Below, piece by piece: positions 10,340-20,087 of a stretch of 64,000 nucleotides of DNA. Made by a program: the position numbers and the translations under genes. Position 1 is the first letter of the stretch; each line of letters opens with the position of its first letter. Location: NCBI GenBank assembly GCA_965223905.1, contig CBDCXV010000010.1, forward strand, positions 768,001-832,000. Reading direction: 5' to 3'. This stretch comes from Candidatus Latescibacterota bacterium. Its GTDB lineage: Bacteria; Latescibacterota; UBA2968; UBA8231. The notes below the pieces were generated by a model. The model made no database searches. It was given only the letters and a program-made list of their open reading frames with translations, and had not been told where the DNA came from.

Positions 10340-11332
10340 ATGGCGCGACCTGTCACATTGTTCACCGGCCAATGGGCCGATCTCGACATCCGGACCATGT
10401 GCGAGAAAGCGGTTTCCTTCGGATACGACGGGGTCGAGCTCGCCTGCTGGGGAGACCACTTCGAGGTCGACAAGGCCGACGAAGAGTACTGCAAGGCGAG
10501 GCGTGCGCTGCTCGAAAAGCACGGCCTGCAGCTCTTCTCGATTTCCGCCCATCTCGTCGGGCAGGCGGTGTGCGACAACATCGACGGCCGCCACGAGGCG
10601 ATCCTGCCGCCCCACGTCTGGGGGGACGGGGACCCCGGTGGGGTGCGCGAGCGCGCCGCCGCGGAGCTGATCGCCACGGCCCATGCTGCCAAGCGCCTCG
10701 GCGTCGACGTCGTCAACGGGTTCACCGGCAGTCCGATCTGGCACCTGCTGTACTCCTTTCCGCCCACTCCGCCCGAAATGATCGATGACGGGTTCGCCGA
10801 ATTCGGATCCCGGTTCAAACCCATCATGGACGAGTTCGAGAAGGTGGGGGTCAGGTTCGCACTCGAGGTCCACCCCACGGAGATCGCCTTCGACATCGCT
10901 TCGGCGGAGCGCGCCGTCGCCGCCCTGGACGGCCACCCCGCGTTCGGCTTCAACTACGACCCGAGCCACCTCGGGTACCAGGGCGTCGACTACGTCGAGT
11001 TCATCTACCGGTTCGCGGAGCGGATCTTCCACGTACACATGAAGGACGTCGCCTGGTCGGCCACTCCGACCGAAGCCGGGGTGTTCGGCGGCCACGTCGA
11101 TTTCGGCGACCGCCGGCGCTACTGGGACTTCCGCTCGCTCGGCAGGGGCAACATCGACTTCGAGGAGATCATCCGCGCCCTCAACCGCATCGACTACCAG
11201 GGTCCGCTCTCGGTCGAGTGGGAGGACGGCGGCATGGACCGCGAGCACGGCGCCGCCGAGGCCTGCGCCTTCGTGAAGGAAGTCGACTTCGAGCCGTCCG
11301 CGGCGGCGTTCGACGCCGCCTTCTCCGAGTGA
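10340..11332 (+). CDS. Sugar phosphate isomerase/epimerase (AP_endonuc_2 TIM barrel)
   Basis: [37 protein letters not shown]. Confidence 0.9.
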   Translation: MARPVTLFTGQWADLDIRTMCEKAVSFGYDGVELACWGDHFEVDKADEEYCKARRALLEKHGLQLFSISAHLVGQAVCDNIDGRHEAILPPHVWGDGDPGGVRERAAAELIATAHAAKRLGVDVVNGFTGSPIWHLLYSFPPTPPEMIDDGFAEFGSRFKPIMDEFEKVGVRFALEVHPTEIAFDIASAERAVAALDGHPAFGFNYDPSHLGYQGVDYVEFIYRFAERIFHVHMKDVAWSATPTEAGVFGGHVDFGDRRRYWDFRSLGRGNIDFEEIIRALNRIDYQGPLSVEWEDGGMDREHGAAEACAFVKEVDFEPSAAAFDAAFSE

Positions 11333-12999
11333 GACGGCGAGCCGTTTCCGTCGCGACACCCCGGCGGCGACCGACTCCGCTCCCGAAGGCCGCGGCCCCC
11401 GTCCCCATTTCCCCACGCGGCGCACCCTTCACCAGACCGGCGCTGCCTCTCCTCCGATACTTGCTGTCAGCTGCCCTGCTGCTGGCCGCTTGCGCGCGCG
11501 AGGCGGATCAGGTGCTGGTTTTCGGCCGCGGCTCCGACTCCGTCGGACTCGACCCGGCGCTGGAGGGGGACGGCGAATCCTTCAAGGTCTGCGACAACGT
11601 CTACGAAAATCTGGTCACCTACGAGGCGGGCTCGACCACGGTGGTTCCTCAGCTGGCCAAAAGCTGGGATGTGTCCGAGGATCGCCTGACCTGGACCTTC
11701 CACCTGCGCACCGGGGTCCGCTTCCACGACGGCACTCCCTTCGACGCCGAGGCGATGCTGTTCTCCCTGGCGCGCCAGTTCGATGAGGACCACCCCTACC
11801 ACAAGGTGCAGGGCGCCTACAACTACTGGAACTCCATGGGCATGAGCGACGTCGTCGCGACGATGGAGGCCGCCGACGACTCGACCTTCGTCGTGCGCCT
11901 CGCCGAGCCTAACGCCACCTTCCTCGCGACCCTGGGAATGAACTTCTGCGCCGCGGTCAGCCCGACCGCGGTCGCCACGCACGGCCCCGAGTTCTTCAAG
12001 AACCCCGTCGGCACGGGACCGTTCAAGTTCGTCGAGTGGCGCAAGGACGAGCGCATCGTACTCGACCGCAACGACAGCTACTGGGGGGAGCCCCCGCTCC
12101 TGAAGCGCCTGATCTTCCGGCCGATACAGGACGCTTCGGTCCGTTTCCTCGAGCTCAGGACGGGAGCCATCCAGGGGATCGACAACGTCAGCCCGGAGTT
12201 CATCCAGGCCATCCGCGAAAACCCCGACCTGCAGCTGCTGACCCAGCCCGGCATGAACGTCGGCTACCTGGCGATGAACATGGACCGGCCCCCGTTCGGC
12301 AACCGCCTCGTCCGCGTCGCCATCAACTGCGCCGTCGACAAGCAGGCCCTGGTCGACAACTTCTACTCCGGGCTGGCCGTTCCTGCGAAGAACCCGCTGC
12401 CCCCCCTGATGTGGGGGTACGACGACAGCGTCGAGCCGTATCCCTACGACCCCGACCGTGCCCGCAGGCTGCTCGCCGAGGCGGGGTTTCCCGACGGCTT
12501 CGAGACCGAACTGTGGGCGATGCCGGCGCCGCGGCCCTACATGCCTCAGCCGGAGAAGATCGCCGTCGCCGTCAAGGCCAACCTCGACGCCGTCGGCGTC
12601 AGGGCCAAAATCGTGCGCTGGGAGTGGGGCACCTACCTCGACAAGGTGTTCGCCGGGGAGCACCCGATGTGCCTGCTGGGATGGACCGGGGACAACGGGG
12701 ACCCAGACAACTTCCTCTACGTTCTGCTCGACAAGACCGCGGCGGTCAAGCCGGCCAACAACGTCTCCTTCTACCGCAGCGACCCACTGCACGAGCTGCT
12801 CGTCGTCGCCCGCCGCAGCGGCGACATGGCCGAGCGCGCCTCCCTCTACAGGAAGGCGCAGCAGATCATCCACACGGATGCCCCGTGGGTTCCGCTGGTG
12901 CACGCCACCCAGACCGCGGCCTTCCGGTCGAACGTGCGCGGCTTCGCGCTGCATCCGACCGGCAGCAAGTGGTTCCACCGCGTAGTCCTCTCGAACTGA
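11329..12999 (+). CDS. dppA: Dipeptide/oligopeptide ABC transporter substrate-binding lipoprotein (start uncertain: 11329 GTG or 11461 TTG)
   Basis: Lipobox LLLAAC; [23 protein letters not shown]; PVGTGPFKF; RPYMPQP; [11 protein letters not shown]. Confidence 0.88.
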   Translation: MRRRAVSVATPRRRPTPLPKAAAPVPISPRGAPFTRPALPLLRYLLSAALLLAACAREADQVLVFGRGSDSVGLDPALEGDGESFKVCDNVYENLVTYEAGSTTVVPQLAKSWDVSEDRLTWTFHLRTGVRFHDGTPFDAEAMLFSLARQFDEDHPYHKVQGAYNYWNSMGMSDVVATMEAADDSTFVVRLAEPNATFLATLGMNFCAAVSPTAVATHGPEFFKNPVGTGPFKFVEWRKDERIVLDRNDSYWGEPPLLKRLIFRPIQDASVRFLELRTGAIQGIDNVSPEFIQAIRENPDLQLLTQPGMNVGYLAMNMDRPPFGNRLVRVAINCAVDKQALVDNFYSGLAVPAKNPLPPLMWGYDDSVEPYPYDPDRARRLLAEAGFPDGFETELWAMPAPRPYMPQPEKIAVAVKANLDAVGVRAKIVRWEWGTYLDKVFAGEHPMCLLGWTGDNGDPDNFLYVLLDKTAAVKPANNVSFYRSDPLHELLVVARRSGDMAERASLYRKAQQIIHTDAPWVPLVHATQTAAFRSNVRGFALHPTGSKWFHRVVLSN

Positions 13000-13000
13000 G

Positions 13001-13019
13001 CGGCCCTCGGGGGCCGTTT
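13001..13019 (+). terminator. Intra-operon stem-loop between dppA and dppB
   Basis: CGGCCC-TCGG-GGGCCG followed by TTT. Confidence 0.45.
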
Positions 13020-13033
13020 GCCGAAGCACCCCG

Positions 13034-14041
13034 TTGACCGGTTTCGTCCTGCGGCGGCTGGCGCTGCTGGTGCCGACGCTGATCGGGATTTCCCTCCTGG
13101 TTTTCCTGATGATCCACCTGGTTCCCGGGGATCCGGCGCAGATCATGCTAGGGGAGCGCGCCGACGCCGCCAGCATCGCGGCGCTGCGCCTCGAGATGGG
13201 GCTGGACCAGCCCTTCCACGTGCAGTTCGCCCGGTTCTTCGGCGACCTCCTGCGCGGTGATCTCGGCCGCTCCTTCCGCACCCACGAGCTGATCAGCACC
13301 GAGATCCTGCAGCGCTTCCCCGCCACCTGCGAGCTGACCCTGGCGGCGATGATTATCGCCATCGCCGGCGGCATCGGCCTCGGGGTCCTCGCCGCCCTGT
13401 CACAGGGCAAGGTCGCCGACTACGTCAGCATGGTGGCGGCCACGGCAGGAATTTCGATTCCCGTCTTCTGGCTCGGATTGATGCTGATGCTGCTGCTCGC
13501 GGTGCAGTTTCCCCTGTTCCCGGTATCGGGGCGCCTCGGCGCCGCGGTCCAGGTCGAGGCGATCACCGGTTTCTACCTCTTCGACGCGGTCCTGAGAGCC
13601 AACTGGGACGGCTTCGTCGACGCGCTCTGGCACCTCGCCCTGCCGGCCCTCACCCTGGCTACGATCCCCCTCGCCTTCATAGCGCGTATGACCCGCGCCA
13701 GTCTGCTCGAGGTTCTCGGAGAGGAGTACGTGCGCACCGCCCGTGCAAAGGGCCTGCCGCCGCGGCTCGTCGTTCTTCGCCACGCCTTGAGGAACGCCTT
13801 CGTGCCGACTCTGACCGTGATCGCTCTCGAATTCGGCTACCTGCTGGGAGGCGCCGTCATCACCGAGACGATCTTCGCCTGGCCGGGCATGGGTCGCTGG
13901 GTCTTCCTGGCGGTGCAGGCGCGCGACTTCCGCGCCGTTCAGGGAGGGGTGCTGCTGCTGGCGACGGTGTTCATGGTCGTCAACCTGATCGCCGACATCC
14001 TCTACGCCTGCCTCGACCCGCGCATCCGCTACCGCCGCTGA
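13034..14041 (+). CDS. dppB: Dipeptide ABC transporter permease
   Basis: PGDPA, RFPATCEL, EAA loop YVRTARAKGL, ETIFAWPGMG, LDPRIRY. Confidence 0.92.
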   Translation: MTGFVLRRLALLVPTLIGISLLVFLMIHLVPGDPAQIMLGERADAASIAALRLEMGLDQPFHVQFARFFGDLLRGDLGRSFRTHELISTEILQRFPATCELTLAAMIIAIAGGIGLGVLAALSQGKVADYVSMVAATAGISIPVFWLGLMLMLLLAVQFPLFPVSGRLGAAVQVEAITGFYLFDAVLRANWDGFVDALWHLALPALTLATIPLAFIARMTRASLLEVLGEEYVRTARAKGLPPRLVVLRHALRNAFVPTLTVIALEFGYLLGGAVITETIFAWPGMGRWVFLAVQARDFRAVQGGVLLLATVFMVVNLIADILYACLDPRIRYRR

Positions 14042-14059
14042 GAACGGCGCCCCGGCGGT

Positions 14060-14797
14060 TCAGGGCTCCGGGGCGGAAATGGCGACCCGGTAGCTGCGCA
14101 CGTCGATCTCCAGGGTCGTTTCCGGCTGCACGATACGCACCAGTCCCGGCAGGTACAGGGGGACGGCCGCGTCCCCGGGAATGGGAATCTTGCGGTAGCG
14201 CTCCAGGTCGCGGCGCCACGAACCGCCATCGGCGGCGACCGATTCCTCGCGGAACACGAAGCCGCGGTGGAGATCCGCCCATATCGACCGACTTCCCCGG
14301 TCCCCGCCAACCGTCGCGACGACGCGGTCCCCCCTCGGGTGCGACAGGGACGGCACCTCGTACGGCTGCCAGGGAGCGACGATGCCGAACAAGAGGTAGC
14401 GCAGATCGTACCCCCCTAGGTCGAGAACCGGCAGGTAGCGGTGCAGCCCCCGCGAGGTCGATCCGCGCCAGGTTTCCCCGCCGGCGAGGACCTCCATCGA
14501 ATCCCCGCGGACGACCGCGGAAAGCACCTGTCTGAACAGCGGATCCTTGACCTCGAGCCGCAGCTCGCGCGGTCTGCGGTAGAGGATGGCCGCGGTCGCC
14601 CTGCCGCTCCCCTCGGGGCTGCGAAACCTTATCTCCGCCTCCGCGGTCAGGCCTTCGAGCTGCTCGAAGCTCCGCTGCGACAACGCCAGCAGCTCGCCGA
14701 TGTCCGCCCCGGACTGCCAGCCCTGGCGCGGAGCGCGGGGGGCGCATCCGAGCAGGCCGGCGACGCAGAGGAGAAGGAGGGCTCGGATTGCCGGCAA
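14060..14797 (-). CDS. LolB-like/DUF4292 lipoprotein
   Basis: Lipobox LLGC; beta-rich with RPRELRLEVKDPLF; downstream of a TPR lipoprotein. Confidence 0.55.
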   Translation of the reverse strand: MPAIRALLLLCVAGLLGCAPRAPRQGWQSGADIGELLALSQRSFEQLEGLTAEAEIRFRSPEGSGRATAAILYRRPRELRLEVKDPLFRQVLSAVVRGDSMEVLAGGETWRGSTSRGLHRYLPVLDLGGYDLRYLLFGIVAPWQPYEVPSLSHPRGDRVVATVGGDRGSRSIWADLHRGFVFREESVAADGGSWRRDLERYRKIPIPGDAAVPLYLPGLVRIVQPETTLEIDVRSYRVAISAPEP

Positions 14798-14855
14798 GGG
14801 GCTGCGCCTGCAGGTGAACGGGGAAATCGAGTGGCGAAGGTTCAGTGGCCGGCGT

Positions 14856-16787
14856 TCAGGGGATCCCGGCGCCGAGCTTGCGCCGGAGTTCCTCGTCGTC
14901 CGGCGTCAGCTCGAGAGCGCGCCGCCAGTGGGATGCCGCCTCCCCTTGTTTGCCGAGGGCCCTGGCGATGTCGCCGGCGTGATCGTAGATGATCGCCTGA
15001 TCCTCGTCGTCCTGATCGACGAGTCGTTCCATCGCCTTGGCGAGGAAGCGCTCGGCTTTCTCGAACTCGCCGAGGCGATAGTATGCCCATCCCAGGCTGT
15101 CGAGGAACGCCCCGTTTTGCGGATCGAGCGCCACCGCGCGGATCAACAGGCCCACAGCTTCCTCGAGGTGGATGCCTCGCTCCGCGTACATGTACCCGAG
15201 GTAGTTGAGGGCGTAGGCATCGCCGGGGTCGAGCTTGATCAGACGTTCGAAGGCGGCGATGGCGGCATCGAAGTGAGCGGCGGAGTCGGGCAGGCTGCGC
15301 GACGCCTGCTCCAGGCAGCTGCCGAGGTAGAACAGCGGGATCGTGTCTGAGCTGTCCAGCTCGGTCGCCTGCCTCAGCTTCTCTATTGCTTCCTGCCAGC
15401 GCCCCAGGTTCTCCAGGGCGATCCCGGAGTGCAGGTAGGCTTCGCCGAGGCTGAAATCGTCGGACGCCTCCCCGGCAGCCTTGCTGAAGCTTCCGAGCGC
15501 CTCGAGCCAGCGTTCCTGGCGTCCGAGGACGATTCCCCAGCGTATGTACATCGGTACCGGCGGGGCGCCGGCCGCGAGACCGTGGCGGTAGACATCGATC
15601 GCCTTCTCGTACTGCTCCTGCTGCTCGTAGGTGTAGCCCCAACGCTCGAGCAGATCGACGTTGCGGGGCTGCCGCTCCAGTCCGCCGCGGAAGGTGGCGA
15701 TCGCCTCTTCGTAGCGCTCCTGCCGGGCCAGGGCCTGTCCCCAGAAAAGGTAGAGATCGACGCTGTCCGGCATCGCCTCGATGGCTTCGCTCAAAAGCTC
15801 GTCGACGCGGTCGTGCTCCTCCAGGTGCAGGTAGTAGCGCGCCGGGTCGAGCCTGGCCTCGACCCGGTCGGGCTGCAGCCGGACGATGCGCTCGAAAACA
15901 GTCGCCGCGAGCTCATACCTCTCAACGGCTGCCAGGGCCTCGCCGAGCCGGTACAGGAACGCGGGATCCGCCCCGTCGAATCGGGACAGGTCCTCCGGAC
16001 CGTCGAGCAGGCGCGCGAGCTCCGACATGATCGCCGCGTTTTCCGGAAGATGATGCGCAGCGGCGACGAAATGCTCGATGGCGCGCTCGCGGTCCCCCCG
16101 CGACAGGTAAATCTCAGCGAGACCGATCCAGGCTTCCCCCGAGTCGGGGTTTTCCTTGAGGATTTCCCGAAAGATCCCCTCCGCCCGATCCGGTTGGCCG
16201 CTGCGGGAAAGGGTGTACGAAATGTTTATGCGAATATCCTCCGGCGTGTCCTCTCGCGACAGGAGATCGTCGAAGAGCCGATCTATGCGGCCGGTCTCCC
16301 CCGTCTCCTGGTAGAGGCGCGCCAAGTGGGAGTAGAACGGCCACCTGGCCGGCTGGTGCGCGATCAGCTGTTCGAGATGGACCGCCGCGGCCGCGGGGTT
16401 GTCCGCGGATTCGTACCAGCGGATCAGTTGCAACCGCAGCTCGTCGAGACCGGGATCGAGATCTAGCGCCTTGGCCCCGAAGACGATTGCCTGCTCGTAA
16501 TCCTCGATTTTTTCGTAGTGGTCGGCGAGGCGCGCGTAGATGGTCGGCGAGGTCGGATCGAGATCCGCAGCGCTGCGCAGTGCGACAATGGCTCCGAACG
16601 GGTTCTCCTGTTTCTCGAACACCTTCGCCTGCATGAAATACTGCATAGCCCGCTGGCGCTGCCGCGATTGCTCCTCTTCCGCGGCGCTGTCCTGATTGCC
16701 GGGCCACAGGGGGGCCCCACAGCCGCCGAGGGAGTGCCCCGCGGCCACCGCCGCGGTCCAGAAGAGAGCCAGGCCGCGCTTTCTCAC
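14856..16787 (-). CDS. TPR-repeat lipoprotein
   Basis: Lipobox-like LGGC; many TPRs; C-terminal ALNYLGYMYA...AFLDSLGWAYY...HAGD; GTGA overlap with dppC. Confidence 0.85.
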   Translation of the reverse strand: MRKRGLALFWTAAVAAGHSLGGCGAPLWPGNQDSAAEEEQSRQRQRAMQYFMQAKVFEKQENPFGAIVALRSAADLDPTSPTIYARLADHYEKIEDYEQAIVFGAKALDLDPGLDELRLQLIRWYESADNPAAAAVHLEQLIAHQPARWPFYSHLARLYQETGETGRIDRLFDDLLSREDTPEDIRINISYTLSRSGQPDRAEGIFREILKENPDSGEAWIGLAEIYLSRGDRERAIEHFVAAAHHLPENAAIMSELARLLDGPEDLSRFDGADPAFLYRLGEALAAVERYELAATVFERIVRLQPDRVEARLDPARYYLHLEEHDRVDELLSEAIEAMPDSVDLYLFWGQALARQERYEEAIATFRGGLERQPRNVDLLERWGYTYEQQEQYEKAIDVYRHGLAAGAPPVPMYIRWGIVLGRQERWLEALGSFSKAAGEASDDFSLGEAYLHSGIALENLGRWQEAIEKLRQATELDSSDTIPLFYLGSCLEQASRSLPDSAAHFDAAIAAFERLIKLDPGDAYALNYLGYMYAERGIHLEEAVGLLIRAVALDPQNGAFLDSLGWAYYRLGEFEKAERFLAKAMERLVDQDDEDQAIIYDHAGDIARALGKQGEAASHWRRALELTPDDEELRRKLGAGIP

Positions 16788-17644
16788 GCCCTGGCCTCCG
16801 CGGCGATGCGGTCGCCGGCGCGCGGATCGAGGAGGTCGCGAAGGCCGTCGCCGAAGAGGTTGAACCCGAGAGCGACGACGAAGATCGCCAGTCCGGGGAA
16901 TACCATCACCCACGGCGCCACGATCAGGAGCTCGCGCCCGCTGTTCAGCATCGCCCCCCATTCGGGGGCCGGGGGCTGGGCGCCGAGTCCGAGAAAGCTG
17001 AGCCCCGCGGCGTCGAGGATGGCGGTGGCGAGGCTCAGGCTGCCCTGGACGATCAGGGGGGCCAGGCAGTTCGGCAGGATGGCGCGCAATACGATGCGCC
17101 GGTCCCCGGCTCCCAGGGCCCTGGCCGCCTCGACGTAGGGCATCTGCGCCACCGCGAGCACGGTCGCCCGCATCAGGCGCGCGAACTGCGGAACAAGAAC
17201 GATGCCGACGGCAACGATCGCGTTGTCGATGCCGGGGCCGATGACGGAGACCACCGCGATGGCGAGCAGAATGCTGGGAAAGGCGAGCATCAGGTCGACC
17301 ACCCTCATCAGGGCGGTGTCGACGGCGCCGCCGAAGTAGCCGGCGGTTACCCCGATCAGCGTGCCCGAGGTGAGGGCGATGGCGATGCAGACGATCCCGA
17401 TGCGCAGGGAAATGCGCGCTCCGTAGAGGATGCGGCTGAAGATGTCGCGCCCGAACTCGTCGGTGCCGAGCGGATTCGAAAGCGAGGGAGGGGCGAGCCG
17501 CTGGTAGAGGTTCTGCTCGAACGGATCGCTGGGAGCGAGAACCGGTGCGAACAGGGCCGCAACGACCAGCCCGGCGACGATCGCAGCCCCGCAGACGGCC
17601 AGCGGATGGCGGCGCAGAGACCGCTGCAGCGAACGGCCCCTCAC
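16784..17644 (-). CDS. dppC: Dipeptide ABC transporter permease DppC (start approximate)
   Basis: PLGTDEFGRDIFSRILYGARISL, YVEAARALGA, LSFLGLGAQPPAPEWG, NLFGDGLRDLLDP. Confidence 0.92.
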   Translation of the reverse strand: MRGRSLQRSLRRHPLAVCGAAIVAGLVVAALFAPVLAPSDPFEQNLYQRLAPPSLSNPLGTDEFGRDIFSRILYGARISLRIGIVCIAIALTSGTLIGVTAGYFGGAVDTALMRVVDLMLAFPSILLAIAVVSVIGPGIDNAIVAVGIVLVPQFARLMRATVLAVAQMPYVEAARALGAGDRRIVLRAILPNCLAPLIVQGSLSLATAILDAAGLSFLGLGAQPPAPEWGAMLNSGRELLIVAPWVMVFPGLAIFVVALGFNLFGDGLRDLLDPRAGDRIAAEARA

Positions 17645-17834
17645 CTGCACCGGCGCCCAGGCGCCGGCCGGGACCATGACCGCGGCCCGGGGAGAATCTG
17701 TATCATGTCCGGCATGTCGAGGAACTCTTCTTTCCCTGTCGGCGCCCGTCCTCTCTTTGGGCACAGTCGCGCTGGCATGACAATCAATATACGGGTTGCC
17801 GCCCCGGCCTGGTTGGCGCAGGCCCCCGGGTGCG

Positions 17835-20065
17835 CTAGGCCTGGCTTCGCCTCAGTATCACCGCAGCCAGCGGCGGCAGGGTCACCGGCGCCGAGCAGTC
17901 CAGGCCGTGCCAGGGGTTCGGGGAAGCTTCCATCCCGGCGCCATTCCCGCCGCCGCCGCCGTAGACCTCTGCGTCCGTGTTGAGGAGCTCCTCGTACCGA
18001 CCCGGCATCGGCACCCCGAGCCGGTAACCCCGGCGCGTAACCGAAGAGAAGTTGCACGCAAACACGAGCTCTCCGTCCGCGGCCTCCTCCGACATGCGCC
18101 GGAACGACAGAGTGCTGCCGTCCGCGTCGTGGCAGTCGATCCACTCGAAGCCGGCAGGATCGGCGTCGAGGCGGTGGAGGCACGGGTACTCGCGGTAGAG
18201 GACATTGAGGTCCCTGGCCAGGCGCTGGATTCCCCGGTGGGGGGCGTGCTCGAGCAGATGCCAGTCGAGCGCCCGGTTGCAGTCCCACTCCGACCACTGC
18301 CCGAACTCGCCTCCCATGAACAGGAGCTTCTTCCCCGGGTGCCCGTACATGAAGGCGAGCAGCAGCCGCAGGTTGGCAAACCGCTCCCGATCGCTGCCCG
18401 GCATGCGCCCCAGCAGGGATCCCTTGCCGTGAACGACCTCGTCGTGCGACAGCGGCAGCACGAAGTTCCGCCATAGGCGTAGAGCATGCCGAAGGTGAGG
18501 TCGGACTGGTGGTGCCTGCGGTGCACCGGATCGCGCGACATGTAGCGCAGGACGTCGTTCATCCAGCCCATGTTCCACTTGTACCCGAACCCGAGCCCCC
18601 CATCCGCGGCAGGCCGCGAAACCCCCGGCCAGGAGGTCGACTCCTCGGCAATGGTCAGCGCTCCGGGAAATCGCTTCCCGATTTCAGTATTCATCCGTCT
18701 CATGAAATCGACCGCCTCGAGGTTTTCCCTCCCTCCCTGCGCGTTGGGAACCCACTCCCCCTCCCGGCGCGAGTAGTCGAGGTAGAGCATCGAGGCGACG
18801 GCGTCGACGCGCAGGCCGTCGACGTGATAGCGGTCGAACCAGAAGCGGGCGTTGGAGAGCAGGAAGCTCGCCACTTCCCGGCGTCCGGAATTGAAGATCG
18901 AGGTGCCCCAGTCCGGGTGCCGCCCCTGGCGTGGGTCGGCGTGCTCGTACAGGTGGGTTCCGTCGAAGCGGGCCAGCCCGTGGGCGTCGTCCGGAAAATG
19001 GCCCGGCACCCAGTCGATCAGCACGCCGATGCCGCGGCGGTGGCACAGATCGACGAACCAGGCGAAATCGGCCGGCTCCCCGAAACGGGCCGTCGGCGCG
19101 AAGTACCCGGAGACCTGGTATCCCCAGGAGCCTCCGAAGGGGTGCTCGGCCACCGGCATAAGCTCGACGTGGGTGTAGCCGAGCTCGGCGACGTAGTCGA
19201 CCAGCGGCTGCGCCAGCTCGCGGTATCCGAGGGTGCGGCCCCCCTCCCCGCGGCGCCACGATCCGAGGTGGACCTCGTAAATCGCGAGCGGCTCCCGCAG
19301 CCATTCGCGCTCGCCGCGGGTGCGCATCCAGTCTGCATCGCTCCACTGGAAGGCGGTGAGATCGCATGCGACCGAGGCGGTGCGCGGCGGCGCTTCGCTG
19401 CGGAAGGCATAGGGGTCGGCCTTGAGCAGGAGCTCTCCGCCCGCGGTCCTGATCTCGTACTTGTAGACAGCGCCGGCGCCCAGGTGGGGGACGAACAGTT
19501 CCCATAAGCCCGAGCCGCGGCGACGGCGCATGGGGTGGCGCCTTCCGTCCCAGCCGTTGTAGTCCCCGACGACGCTGACCCTCGAGGCGGCAGGTGCCCA
19601 GAGAGCGAACGCCACCCCGTCACAACCCTCCTTTGTGCACAGGTGGGCCTCCAGGAAGCGGTCGGCTTCGCAGTGGGTTCCTTCGTTGAACAGGTACTGG
19701 TCGTAGTCGCCGACGAACGGCGGGAAGGAATAGGGATCCCGCTCTACCGCCACCTCCCCGCGGCGGTCAGTGGTCTCCAGCTCGTAGGGAAACGGGTCGC
19801 GGCTGGCGATGACCGCCTCGAACAGACCCTCGGGATGGATGCGTCTGCCTTCGAAGCGGGCGCCGTCGGGGGCGCGCACGGTCACCGCGCGGGCATCCGG
19901 CCTGAAGACACGCACTCCGAGGGTGCCGTCCGGCCGCGGATGCATTCCGAGAAAGGAGAAAGGGTCGTCGTGCTCGGCAGCGAGGAGAAGCCGGATGTCC
20001 CGGGCATGCTCCCGCGCACCTGCTTCGCTCTGTCCGCCGGGGCGTTGGGAACCGCGCGAGGCCAT
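17835..20065 (-). pseudogene. glgB: 1,4-alpha-glucan branching enzyme with a single frameshift near 18470 (pseudogene or sequencing error)
   Basis: YEVHLGSW, SWGYQ, DWVPGHF, RVDAVASMLY, AEESTSW in one frame; [28 protein letters not shown] continue in another frame. Confidence 0.9.
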
Positions 20066-20087
20066 CGGGAGGCCATCGGATGGACTG

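Noticed and set aside
9098-13410. 775-aa and 647-aa ORFs on the - strand
   Set aside because: Antisense to clear oxidoreductase, isomerase and dpp genes.
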